This document shows, one piece after another, positions 15,353 through 24,176 of a DNA stretch of 32,000 nt; position 1 is the first letter of the stretch; every line of letters starts with the position of its first letter. The notes beneath the pieces are model-generated. The model ran no database searches, was not told where the DNA came from, and saw only the letters and a list, made by a program, of their open reading frames with translations. The DNA is from Candidatus Saccharimonadota bacterium (lineage in GTDB: Bacteria; Patescibacteriota; Patescibacteriia; 2-12-FULL-60-25): assembly GCA_022843095.1 (NCBI GenBank), contig JALHOH010000002.1:150001-182000 (forward strand), given 5' to 3'. The translations under genes and the position numbers were made by a program.

Positions 15353-18300
15353 CTACGAAACCTCCGTCTTCACCGTGTCGGCCCCAAGGATCCCTTCCAG
15401 CTCTTTTGCGATCAATTCATCGAACTTGATGCGGTAAGAAGACAAAATCTTCTGCTTCATTCCGGCGTTATCCACCGCAAAGTACACGCGGTAGTGTCCC
15501 GGATACTTATCCAGAATCGCCCGCAGTTTGTATAAGATGGATTCCGGCAACTGCGCACGCAAATACAACGTTACTGCCTGCTGGATCGCCTGCGTCGGCG
15601 CAGACGTCGAAGCTTCCGTGCCCCCCGCTTCTTCGGACACCCAGCTTGGCGCACCCCCGATATACTTCGCAATTTCATCAATATTGTCCTGATTTACCTC
15701 ATACCCCGTCTCCACCAAGAACTTCAGCGATTCATCTTTTTCTTGCACGCGGCCGGACAACACCACGGACTTATTCTCCACCCACAAATCCGGCTTTTCT
15801 CGATAGACACGCGGAAACACCACCGCCTCGATGTCGCCAGAGGTATCCTCCAATTTCAAGAACACCATGGGTTCATTATTTTTGGTCAGGATTTTCTTTG
15901 CCGTCGCCGTCATCCCACCCACACGCACACTTTTGTCTTTCTTGTGATCGCCAAGCTTCGCGATCGGGACAAACAATCCACGCAACCGCTCTTCATACTC
16001 TTTAAACGGATGCGCGCTCACATACAGACCCAGCAATTCCTTTTCCCATTGCAACACCTCGGATTGGCTGGCGGGAGGCGCCGCTTTCAAAATGAGCGGC
16101 GGACGCGCCGCGGTCCCCGAAGGTACTGCGAGCGCAAACAAATTGACCTGACCCGTCTCCGCCTCGCTAGTCACGCGCCGGTGATACTCCAGAATCGTTT
16201 CAATGTTGAAGAACAACATGTTGCGCTCCCCGAATCGATCCAACGCCCCGCTCTTGATCAGTGCTTCCAGTGATTTGCGATTGAACGATTTGTGCTTCAC
16301 CCGCGCCGCAACATCCGCCAGGTCTTGATAGGGGCCGTTTACCTTCCGTTCTTGGATGATGGCATCCGCGATATCCTCCCCCATCCCCTTAATCGCGAGC
16401 AACCCGAACCGCAACTTATTCGTCCCTTTGACCACCGAAAAACGCGTAAACGATTCGTTCACGTCAGGTGGCAGCACCTCAAGCCCCATGCGCCGACATT
16501 CTTCGACCTCAATCGTAATACGATCGATGTTCAAACAATCAGAATTCAGGAGCGCCGCCATGAAACATTCTGGCCAATGCGCTTTCAAATACGCCGTTTG
16601 ATACGCGATCATGGCGTAGCAAGCCGCGTGGGACTTGTTGAACCCGTAGGCGGCGAATTCCTCAAACTGCGTAAAAATCGCCTCTGCCGTTTCGCGCTCG
16701 ACGCCGTTCCTGACCGAACCATCAATAAACTTCACGCGCAATTCTGCCATGAGTTTCGCAATCTTCTTTCCCATGGCTTTGCGCAGCGTGTCTGCTTCGC
16801 CCGGGGTAAATCCAGCCATGTCTTTAGACACTTGCATGACCTGCTCCTGGTACACCGGGATCCCATAGGTGTTTTTGAGAGCGTTTTCGGTCAGCGGATG
16901 CATAAACACGATTTTTTCCTTGCCATGCTTTCGCGCAATAAACGAATCGATAAACTGCATCGGTCCCGGACGATACAACGCCACCATGGCGATGATATCT
17001 TCAATAACCGTTGGTTTGAGTTCACGGATGTACTTCTTCATCCCATCTGATTCCAACTGAAACACCCCCGTCGTTTCACCACGCGTGAGCAACGCAAAGG
17101 AATCTACGTCATCCAGCGGGATGGTTTCCATGTCGATCGTGACCCCATGGACCGCGCGCATGATCTCCAAACAATCACTGATGATGGACAGGTTCGACAA
17201 TCCCAAAAAGTCCATCTTGAGCAACCCTGTCACTTCGGCGGAGTGCCCCGCATATTGGATGACCTGCTCCACATCTCCCCCTTGGGCCTTTTGCAACGGC
17301 GCAAATTCCGCAAGACGCGCCGGCGCAATCACGATCCCACACGCGTGCTGCGACGCATGGCGCGTCGTGCCTTCCAGTTTGATGGCAAGGTCAATACACC
17401 GCTTTACGCGCGGATCAGTGTCATACATTTCCTTCAATTCCTGCGCTTCCACCTTCGATGTTTCAAGCGGGATGTGTTTGCCCTGGACCGGGGGTGGCAC
17501 GGCTTTGGCGATTTTATCCACATCCGCATACGGCAACCCAAGCACGCGTCCGACATCCCGCACCGCGGCGCGAGAAGCCATGGTTCCAAACGTGATGATC
17601 CCCGCCACACGTTCTTGCCCGTACTTTTGCGTCACGTATTCGATCACCTCTCGGCGATGCACGTCATCAAAGTCCGTATCAATATCCGGCATCGAGATAC
17701 GATCCGGGTTCAAAAACCGCTCAAAGAGCAATCCGTAATGGAGCGGATCCAAGTTCGTGATTTTTAACACATACGCCACCACTGAACCGGCCGCACTCCC
17801 ACGTCCCGGTCCCACGATCACGCCATGATCTTTTGCCCAGTTGATGTAATCGGCCACGATCAAAAAGTACGCCGCAAATCCCATGCGCTCGATCGTCGCC
17901 AATTCAAAATCCAACCGCTCCTTTGCCACCACCTGTTTTTCCGGTTCTGGATAGCGACGCGCCAACCCCTCTTCACACAGCTGACGCAGGTACGTCATGG
18001 TCGTGTGCCCCTCTGGCACCTCAAACGCCGGCAATAAGTTCTTGCCAAGCTCAAGCTTTACCGTGCAACGATCGGCGATCTTGCGCGTGTTCGCGATTGC
18101 TTCCGGCGTTTCCTTGAACGCCTCGACCATGACCTCCGGGGATGTCATGGACATATCCTGAAACGCCATGGAATGCCGATTCTGATCGGACAAGAGTTTG
18201 CCATCATGGATGCACAACAATACATCCTGCGCTTCGCGATCATCCTCGTGCAGATAGTGGACGTCTTTTGTGGCTACCAAGGGCGCCCCCGTTTTTTTTC

Positions 18301-18922
18301 CAAGCGCAATCAACCCATCGTTGATTTCAAGCTGCGTCGGCGATTCCGGGTGATGGACCAATTCCAAGAAAAAAGAATCTACGCCAAAAATATCCTGATA
18401 CACACGCAATACCTCTTCCGCCTTTTCTTGGTCATGCGATTGAATCAGGCGAGGCAATTCTCCTTTCGCACATCCAGAAAGCGCGATGATCCCCTCGTGA
18501 TAGGTACGCAACAACTCTTTATCGACGCGCGGGACATAATAGAACCCATCCAAAAACGCTTTTGACACGAGCGCAAGCAAATTCTTGTAGCCCGTATTCG
18601 TCTCTGCGATGAGCGTGATATGCGACACACGGTTGTCGATCGCGGGACGCTTGTCCGTGTGTTTGTGTGGGGCGACGGCAATCTCAACACCAATGATCGG
18701 CTTCACCCCAGCCTTGGTCGCCGCCTCATAAAACTCGATGGCACCGTACAACGCGTTGTGATCCGTGAGCGCGATCGCGTCATACCCAAGCTCTTTCGCT
18801 CGCGCGACCACATCCGATACATCACCCATCGCATCGGAGAGCGAATACATTGAGTGGACATGCAAGTGGACGAACGGAGACGGTGGAATCGGGGCCACGT
18901 CCTGTTTTGGCGCATCAGCCAT
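15353..18922 (-). CDS. dnaE: DNA polymerase III alpha subunit
   Basis: 1189 aa. It has the N-terminal PHP domain FVHLHVHSMYSLSDAMG, the palm/fingers motif GPGRGSAAGSVVAYVLKITNLDP, and HhH and OB-fold regions in canonical order. No intein-like insertion is present. Confidence 0.95.
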   Translation of the reverse strand: MADAPKQDVAPIPPSPFVHLHVHSMYSLSDAMGDVSDVVARAKELGYDAIALTDHNALYGAIEFYEAATKAGVKPIIGVEIAVAPHKHTDKRPAIDNRVSHITLIAETNTGYKNLLALVSKAFLDGFYYVPRVDKELLRTYHEGIIALSGCAKGELPRLIQSHDQEKAEEVLRVYQDIFGVDSFFLELVHHPESPTQLEINDGLIALGKKTGAPLVATKDVHYLHEDDREAQDVLLCIHDGKLLSDQNRHSMAFQDMSMTSPEVMVEAFKETPEAIANTRKIADRCTVKLELGKNLLPAFEVPEGHTTMTYLRQLCEEGLARRYPEPEKQVVAKERLDFELATIERMGFAAYFLIVADYINWAKDHGVIVGPGRGSAAGSVVAYVLKITNLDPLHYGLLFERFLNPDRISMPDIDTDFDDVHRREVIEYVTQKYGQERVAGIITFGTMASRAAVRDVGRVLGLPYADVDKIAKAVPPPVQGKHIPLETSKVEAQELKEMYDTDPRVKRCIDLAIKLEGTTRHASQHACGIVIAPARLAEFAPLQKAQGGDVEQVIQYAGHSAEVTGLLKMDFLGLSNLSIISDCLEIMRAVHGVTIDMETIPLDDVDSFALLTRGETTGVFQLESDGMKKYIRELKPTVIEDIIAMVALYRPGPMQFIDSFIARKHGKEKIVFMHPLTENALKNTYGIPVYQEQVMQVSKDMAGFTPGEADTLRKAMGKKIAKLMAELRVKFIDGSVRNGVERETAEAIFTQFEEFAAYGFNKSHAACYAMIAYQTAYLKAHWPECFMAALLNSDCLNIDRITIEVEECRRMGLEVLPPDVNESFTRFSVVKGTNKLRFGLLAIKGMGEDIADAIIQERKVNGPYQDLADVAARVKHKSFNRKSLEALIKSGALDRFGERNMLFFNIETILEYHRRVTSEAETGQVNLFALAVPSGTAARPPLILKAAPPASQSEVLQWEKELLGLYVSAHPFKEYEERLRGLFVPIAKLGDHKKDKSVRVGGMTATAKKILTKNNEPMVFLKLEDTSGDIEAVVFPRVYREKPDLWVENKSVVLSGRVQEKDESLKFLVETGYEVNQDNIDEIAKYIGGAPSWVSEEAGGTEASTSAPTQAIQQAVTLYLRAQLPESILYKLRAILDKYPGHYRVYFAVDNAGMKQKILSSYRIKFDELIAKELEGILGADTVKTEVS

Positions 18923-19024
18923 ACATCAAGCGTCCGGCTGACGGGACAAGCCCTGCCGAACGGATAAGAATGATGGCGGTATCTTACGGAAGGAGTTCGG
19001 ATTTGTGAACGACCGCACGCCTAC

Positions 19025-19053
19025 TTGACAATTATTGGATTTTCTGCTATATT
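19025..19053 (+). promoter_or_regulatory. sigma70-type promoter of the cold-shock gene
   Basis: TTGACA (19025-19030), a 17-bp spacer, then TATATT (19048-19053). This predicts a ~70-nt 5' UTR containing the hairpin GGATC-cttta-GATCC (about 19081-19095). Confidence 0.6.
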
Positions 19054-19127
19054 TTCATCATTCACGCTCGTCATCCGCATGGATCCTTTAGATCCAAGAT
19101 GGCGCTGCGTCGAAGAATGTTGCTCGT

Positions 19128-19331
19128 ATGATGCAAGGTGTTATCAAGAAGTTGACGGATCGCGGGTTCGGCTTTATTGGCGCGGAAGGTCAGGAAAAAG
19201 ACCTGTTCTTCCACAGCAAGTCCTGCGTGGACGTCCGCTATGACGATTTGCGCGAAGGGGACGCCGTGACGTTCGACATCGAACAGTCCGAAAAGGGCCC
19301 GAACGCGGTCAACGTGAAGCGCGCCGCGTAA
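19128..19331 (+). CDS. cspA: CspA-family cold-shock protein
   Basis: 67 aa: MMQGVIKKLTDRGFGFIGAEGQEKDLFFHSKS..., with the RNP1-like GFGFI and RNP2-like LFFHS motifs. Confidence 0.9.
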   Translation: MMQGVIKKLTDRGFGFIGAEGQEKDLFFHSKSCVDVRYDDLREGDAVTFDIEQSEKGPNAVNVKRAA

Positions 19332-19346
19332 GCGCCGCTTACAAAA

Positions 19347-19376
19347 CCCCCGTACCGAAAGGTGCGGGGGTTTTTG
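19347..19376. terminator. bidirectional intrinsic terminator (csp / 19380 gene)
   Basis: AAAA-CCCCCGTACC-gaaa-GGTGCGGGGG-TTTTTG, with one G-U pair. An A-tract and a T-tract flank it on both sides. Confidence 0.75.
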
Positions 19377-19379
19377 TTA

Positions 19380-19730
19380 TTAGGGCATGTCCGATAGTTC
19401 CTCATCATCCTCCTCGACCCGGCGACGGACCTTGCTTTTTGCTTTTCCGGTCGAGCGATCCTCTTTGCGATGAAGGAATCCGCTCATCGCCTTTCCCCCT
19501 TCTGCAATGAATCCAAGATACTGACTTACATTTGAAACTTTCTCGACCAGGGACACGACACCACGCTCCACGCGCTGAACGCGCTCTTTCGCCTCATCCG
19601 CCGCTTCATTGCCTTTGCGAACCAGAGACGCAATTTCATACAACGCCCAACAAAGAAAGCCCGCCACCACAACGATCACGACCGTTGCGATGGAATAATA
19701 ACTATCCTGAGGAGTAGCAAACGAGAACAT
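19380..19730 (-). CDS. small membrane protein (N-terminal TM, then coiled-coil, then basic/acidic tail)
   Basis: 116 aa. TM is YYSIATVVIVVVAGFLCWALY, followed by EAADEAKERVQRVERGVVSLVEKVSNV. The architecture resembles DUF948/YtxH-type proteins by general shape only, not by motif identity. Confidence 0.6.
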   Translation of the reverse strand: MFSFATPQDSYYSIATVVIVVVAGFLCWALYEIASLVRKGNEAADEAKERVQRVERGVVSLVEKVSNVSQYLGFIAEGGKAMSGFLHRKEDRSTGKAKSKVRRRVEEDDEELSDMP

Positions 19731-19806
19731 ACGTCTTCAGTATACCACACCCCCTGACTTGCAGAAGTCGCCGAGCGCGTGGCAGGCTTTTTTGCGGAGG
19801 TGATGC

Positions 19807-20331
19807 ATGACCATGGCATTAGCCCGGACGGACGAACGTTTTGCGCGCACCATTCGGGATTTGCGCCACCCAAGTAAAGGTCGCTTTCCCGTCACGCTGC
19901 ACGCGAATCCCTCGCGCATCCTTGAAGGCAACGCGGGGATCACGATCGAAAAACTCCCATACGAATGGACGTTCCCCCTCCATTTGCACAACGCCTCGCA
20001 CGCGATCAAATCGCGTACCATGGTGTTTTACGCTCCGCACGGGTATCTCACCGCCGAAGAAGTCATCAATCATTTTCGCCGGTGCAGTCTTCACCCGGCA
20101 ACGCTCCTGGATCTGATCGCAGTTGCGACCGATCCATTCGTGCCGGATGACATGCTGACCGAATCTCTCGTCGCGCTCGGTGACACCCTGGAACCGAAAG
20201 GGATACCCCTCTCTGCCCCAGCTCTCTACTTTCACAGACAGCACGCGTATCGCGTACTGTATTCGACGCTTGCAACACGGCCGTTCCCCCCAAACACGCG
20301 GTTTCTGGCGCACGAATCGTTCCTACACTAA
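19807..20331 (+). CDS. hypothetical protein (174 aa)
   Basis: GGAGG (19796-19800) lies 6 nt before the ATG, and a plus-strand terminator begins 2 nt after the stop. Composition is more protein-like than the Arg-rich overlapping minus-strand ORF 19819..20313. Confidence 0.55.
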   Translation: MTMALARTDERFARTIRDLRHPSKGRFPVTLHANPSRILEGNAGITIEKLPYEWTFPLHLHNASHAIKSRTMVFYAPHGYLTAEEVINHFRRCSLHPATLLDLIAVATDPFVPDDMLTESLVALGDTLEPKGIPLSAPALYFHRQHAYRVLYSTLATRPFPPNTRFLAHESFLH

Positions 20332-20332
20332 C

Positions 20333-20363
20333 ACCGCCGATCCAACAGGACCGGCGGTTTTTT
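20333..20363 (+). terminator. intrinsic terminator after the 19807 gene (may also serve pheT weakly)
   Basis: ACCGCCGATCC-aaca-GGACCGGCGGT with one mismatch, followed by TTTTTT. Confidence 0.65.
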
Positions 20364-20383
20364 CGTCCGTGACCAAACGCGAG

Positions 20384-22807
20384 CTACCCGCGCACCTCTG
20401 CACCAAATCGCTTCCCCAACCGCTCCGTGATCTGGGCGATAGCCACATCGACTTCGCTCGAGGCAAGCGTACGATCTGGTGTTGCAAACGTCAGATGAAA
20501 TGCCACGGATTTCTTCCCTTCCGGCACCCCCTTGCCCATGAACGTATCAAACCATTCGACCTGGGTCAGCAGCGTCGAGGCTTCCTGCATCGTCGCAGCA
20601 AGTGCAGCACACGCCGCATCGCGATCAACCAGGAACGCTAGATCGCGTTTCGCCTCTGGAAAGACGGGAAGCGGAACATAACGCTTGGTCGTCGTCGCAT
20701 GCGCAAAGATCTCTTCCAAGGCGAGATCAGCACAGGCAAGACGTCCTTCGATCTTAAACCGCGCGGCAATCTCCGGATGGATCTCCCCAATCGTTGCAAG
20801 TAAATGCTCTCCCTGGAACGCCTGAACCGTTCGACCGGGATGCCACAACGCCTCTTCCGTGACCGGTACCCAGCGAACCTGCTGAATCCCCCAATCCGCA
20901 AAGAGATGCTCGACAAACCCCTTGGCCTCACGCCAGGCGGAATCGCCTCCCAAAATCGCAAGCGAACAGGTCAATACCTCGTTTGGAAGCGCACGCCATC
21001 CCTCTGTTTCAGACGACGGCACATACACATGCGCCACTTCAAAGAGACGCATGGCGCGAAACCGTTCCTGGTTTTCCTGCACCACCTGCAACAACGATGG
21101 GACCAGGCTTGTGCGCATCACTTCGAATTCCGCCGACAGTGGGTTGGCAAGTGGCAGCATCTTTTGCGGGTTAAATCCCGCCTTCTTTGCCAACTCACGC
21201 GAAATAAACGAATACGTGTACGTCTCCGTAAATCCAGCGCCCTTTGCCAGCGCACGCATTCGTTCTTCCCACTGCAATTCCGGATCGGTCGGACGCGTCG
21301 GCTGACCCACAGGAAGGACGCCTGGAATCGCACCATACCCATACACGCGGGCGATTTCTTCGACCAAATCGCGTCCGTCTTCGATATCATGATCACGCCA
21401 ATACGGAACGGTTGCGACAAGCTGCTTTTTTACCGCTTTCCCGGTGAGCCTAACTTCAAACCCCAACCGCTTCAAAATAGCCACCATTTCTTTTTCCGGG
21501 ATGTCGACTCCAACGATCTCTTGCACACGCGCCACCGGAATCTTGTAGGTGCGCGGCTTGTAGGCTTTTGCACGCACGTCTGCAACTTTGGTCGCAACCG
21601 TTCCTCCGCACAGCGTGAGACACAACTCAACCGCACGCGCGAGAGCGACCGGCAAAAATTCCGTGGATAACCCTTTTTCAAAACGGAGCTGTGCATCCGA
21701 ATACAAATTCAACGCGCGCGCCGTGCGGCGGACAGACACATCATCAAACGCCGCGGCCTCAAACACGATACTGGTCGTCGCGCTGGTGACACCGGTATGT
21801 TCTCCGCCCATCACCCCTGCCACCGCAACCGGTTTTTCCGCATCCGCAATCACAAGCATGGAATCGGTGAGCGAATACCGTTTCCCATCCAACGCCTCCA
21901 GCGTTTCCTGGAGTCGTGCGCGTCGAACATGGAGTTCTCCTCCGGACAACGTCGAGGCATCAAACGCATGCATCGGTTGACCGATTTCGAGCATCACATA
22001 GTTCGTGATATCGACGACGGTGTTGATCGGACGAATGCCCGCAGAAAGCAACCGCCGTTTTAGCCACCACGGTGAATGACCGACCGTCACCCCCTCTACA
22101 CGCACCGCCATGTACCGCGGGCAAAGCGCCTTGTCTTCCACCTGAACGGATAGGGTCTGCTTACCCCCTTTTGGCAGTGACGACGGCTTCCACGTGAACG
22201 GACGGTTCAAAATCGTCGCGCATTCCCGAGCAAGACCCACCATCCCAAACGCATCTGGTCGGTTGCTGGTCACCTCGATATCCATCACCACGTCACCCAC
22301 AAGGCCAAGCGCTTGTGCAAGTGGCATCCCTGGAACTAGCGATTGCCCCGCAAGCGCCTCCCCCACATCCAAAATTTCCTTTTCTCCATGCGGAAAGGCA
22401 TCAAACAATCCGATCTCATTTGCGGCACAAATCATCCCCTCGCTTTTCACGCCACGAATCTCCGCCGGTTGCAACACAATCGGATCGCCTTCCCCATGCC
22501 ACCGCACCGAGGCGCCCACCTGTGCAACCGCCACCCATTGCCCCACGGCCAAATTCGACCCTCCGCACACGATATGCGCCGTTTGCTGTTTACTGACCTG
22601 AACGATGGCAATGCGTAATTTATCCGCGTTCGGATGCGGGCCGACCTCCAACACCTTCCCCACGATGATCTTCTCCAACTCCACGCCCTGTGGATACAAC
22701 CGCTCCACACCCGGACCGGATAACGACACGCGCGCCGCCAGTTGTTCCGGCGTTTCTTTGAGATCCACGTATTCCTTGAGCCAATCAAACGAGGCCAACA
22801 AATTCAT
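20384..22807 (-). CDS. pheT: phenylalanine--tRNA ligase beta subunit
   Basis: MNLLASFDWLKEYV start (Met12 of ORF 20384..22840). It has the tRNA-binding OB domain (GKVLEVGPHPNADKLRI), B3/4 and B5 domains, and the FDX-ACB C-terminal domain. Confidence 0.95.
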   Translation of the reverse strand: MNLLASFDWLKEYVDLKETPEQLAARVSLSGPGVERLYPQGVELEKIIVGKVLEVGPHPNADKLRIAIVQVSKQQTAHIVCGGSNLAVGQWVAVAQVGASVRWHGEGDPIVLQPAEIRGVKSEGMICAANEIGLFDAFPHGEKEILDVGEALAGQSLVPGMPLAQALGLVGDVVMDIEVTSNRPDAFGMVGLARECATILNRPFTWKPSSLPKGGKQTLSVQVEDKALCPRYMAVRVEGVTVGHSPWWLKRRLLSAGIRPINTVVDITNYVMLEIGQPMHAFDASTLSGGELHVRRARLQETLEALDGKRYSLTDSMLVIADAEKPVAVAGVMGGEHTGVTSATTSIVFEAAAFDDVSVRRTARALNLYSDAQLRFEKGLSTEFLPVALARAVELCLTLCGGTVATKVADVRAKAYKPRTYKIPVARVQEIVGVDIPEKEMVAILKRLGFEVRLTGKAVKKQLVATVPYWRDHDIEDGRDLVEEIARVYGYGAIPGVLPVGQPTRPTDPELQWEERMRALAKGAGFTETYTYSFISRELAKKAGFNPQKMLPLANPLSAEFEVMRTSLVPSLLQVVQENQERFRAMRLFEVAHVYVPSSETEGWRALPNEVLTCSLAILGGDSAWREAKGFVEHLFADWGIQQVRWVPVTEEALWHPGRTVQAFQGEHLLATIGEIHPEIAARFKIEGRLACADLALEEIFAHATTTKRYVPLPVFPEAKRDLAFLVDRDAACAALAATMQEASTLLTQVEWFDTFMGKGVPEGKKSVAFHLTFATPDRTLASSEVDVAIAQITERLGKRFGAEVRG

Positions 22808-22844
22808 ATGTGCCAAGAATACGGGATTCGCCCTGTCCACGCAA

Positions 22845-22868
22845 CAAAAAACGGGGGGGTTCCCGTTT
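22845..22868 (-). terminator. short terminator/attenuator-like hairpin between the 22867 gene and pheT
   Basis: The minus strand reads AAACGGG-aacccc-CCCGTTT-TTTG. The stem is only 5-7 bp, and it lies about 35 nt upstream of the pheT start. Confidence 0.4.
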
Positions 22869-23292
22869 ATTTGTCCGTTGCCATGGGTCCGGCCACGACT
22901 TCGATCCCATCCACCTTCCCGCGCAGGTAACTCTGGTCGTTTTCCATCACCTTGAGACGTTCATCCAGACGATCGTACCGGCGCAATGCGTCATCGGATT
23001 TATCATCGACGCGGGTCAGCGCCCGGCTCGACTGCTCGTCCACCTTCTTCCCGAGATCCGCGATCTGCCGTTCGTACGAGGCGCGTAACGCCATCTGTTC
23101 GGAACGATGCCACATAACCACGCCGACCATCCCCGTGATCCAAAACAACGCAAGTACGAGCCAAATCACGATGATGTGTGTCTGCCGACGCTTGTACTGC
23201 CCCAAGTCATTGATGAGTTGGACGTACGGGTCGTTCAAAAATCCACGCGTATCTGCCGCTGGCACCGGAGCGCCAAATGAGGGTTCAGGCAT
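22867..23292 (-). CDS. hypothetical bitopic membrane protein with an extended coiled-coil
   Basis: 141 aa. TM is IIVIWLVLALFWITGMVGVVMW, followed by a heptad-rich region RASYERQIADLGKKVDEQSS...RRYDRLDERLKVMENDQSYLRGKVD. Confidence 0.6.
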   Translation of the reverse strand: MPEPSFGAPVPAADTRGFLNDPYVQLINDLGQYKRRQTHIIVIWLVLALFWITGMVGVVMWHRSEQMALRASYERQIADLGKKVDEQSSRALTRVDDKSDDALRRYDRLDERLKVMENDQSYLRGKVDGIEVVAGPMATDK

Positions 23293-23301
23293 AGTGATGC
23301 C

Positions 23302-24135
23302 CTAAATCGAACCGCCCAAGATGCGATCTGTCAAACGACCGGGCAAAAACAGGCGTGCCACAAGCGCAAGCGTCGCCGTCCGCGTCACACGATACCGTTG
23401 CCGCGGATGCTTAACGGTTGCGGCACGCACAATCGTTTCTGCGACCAGTCGCGTGGGCAAACTCCGCTTCTCGATGCCCTCTAGTTTTGCAGGTCCCGCA
23501 TCATACAAACCAGCATACGCCGTCGCGTGTGGTCGATTGCGGGCAAGATTCGCATAGCCCGTGACGTTGATATTCGAAACGATCGGTCCCGGCTCAACCA
23601 GTACCACCTGAATCCCAAACGGACGCACTTCCATGCGAAGCGCATCGGTCATCCCTTCGACGGCATGTTTGGATGCGCAATAGGCGCCGTACAACGGAAA
23701 CCCAACACGTCCTGCGACCGAAGAAAGATTGATGATTCTCCCCTGCTTGCGCGCACGCATCGTGGGCAATAGCGCTTGCGTCACGGCCAACATCCCAAAC
23801 ACATTGGTTTCAAATTGACGACGCCATCCCTCGAGCGTCAGATCTTCCACGGGAGCAAGTTCTTGATAGCCGGCATTATTCACCAAGACATCCACCCCTT
23901 CGCCTTTGGTTTCTTGCAACAGCCAGGCCATGCTGCGCTCCCGCTCTTCTTCGGACGTCACATCCATGCGGAACGCGCGTAGCGACAACCCCTGATCCAG
24001 CGCAACGCGATTGATCTCGGCAAGCAACGTCGCGTCACGACCACATCCATACACCGTCCATCCCTGTCGGGCACACAAAAACGCCGTTTCTCGACCAATT
24101 CCTCGCGTGATTCCTGAAATAAACATCGTGGGCAT
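23302..24135 (-). CDS. short-chain dehydrogenase/reductase (SDR) family oxidoreductase
   Basis: The glycine-rich motif ISGITRGIG is a variant of TGxxxGIG. It also has NNAG and the catalytic S...YCASKHAVEG (YxxxK). The start is set at the first ATG (Met5 of ORF 23302..24147, whose first codon is GTG). Confidence 0.85.
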   Translation of the reverse strand: MPTMFISGITRGIGRETAFLCARQGWTVYGCGRDATLLAEINRVALDQGLSLRAFRMDVTSEEERERSMAWLLQETKGEGVDVLVNNAGYQELAPVEDLTLEGWRRQFETNVFGMLAVTQALLPTMRARKQGRIINLSSVAGRVGFPLYGAYCASKHAVEGMTDALRMEVRPFGIQVVLVEPGPIVSNINVTGYANLARNRPHATAYAGLYDAGPAKLEGIEKRSLPTRLVAETIVRAATVKHPRQRYRVTRTATLALVARLFLPGRLTDRILGGSI

Positions 24136-24176
24136 AAGAACGCCCACGAGTATAGCATCCTGTATCGTTGTCCGCG

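Noticed and set aside
15646-18853. Numerous 60-250-aa ORFs antisense to or out of frame within dnaE
   Set aside because: They lie inside a contiguous, motif-rich 1189-aa dnaE reading frame, and none has independent signals.
19819-20313. 164-aa minus-strand ORF overlapping the 19807..20331 gene
   Set aside because: It has no SD and an Arg/Trp-rich composition, and the adjacent terminator is oriented for the plus strand. It is retained only as an alternative under the corresponding finding.
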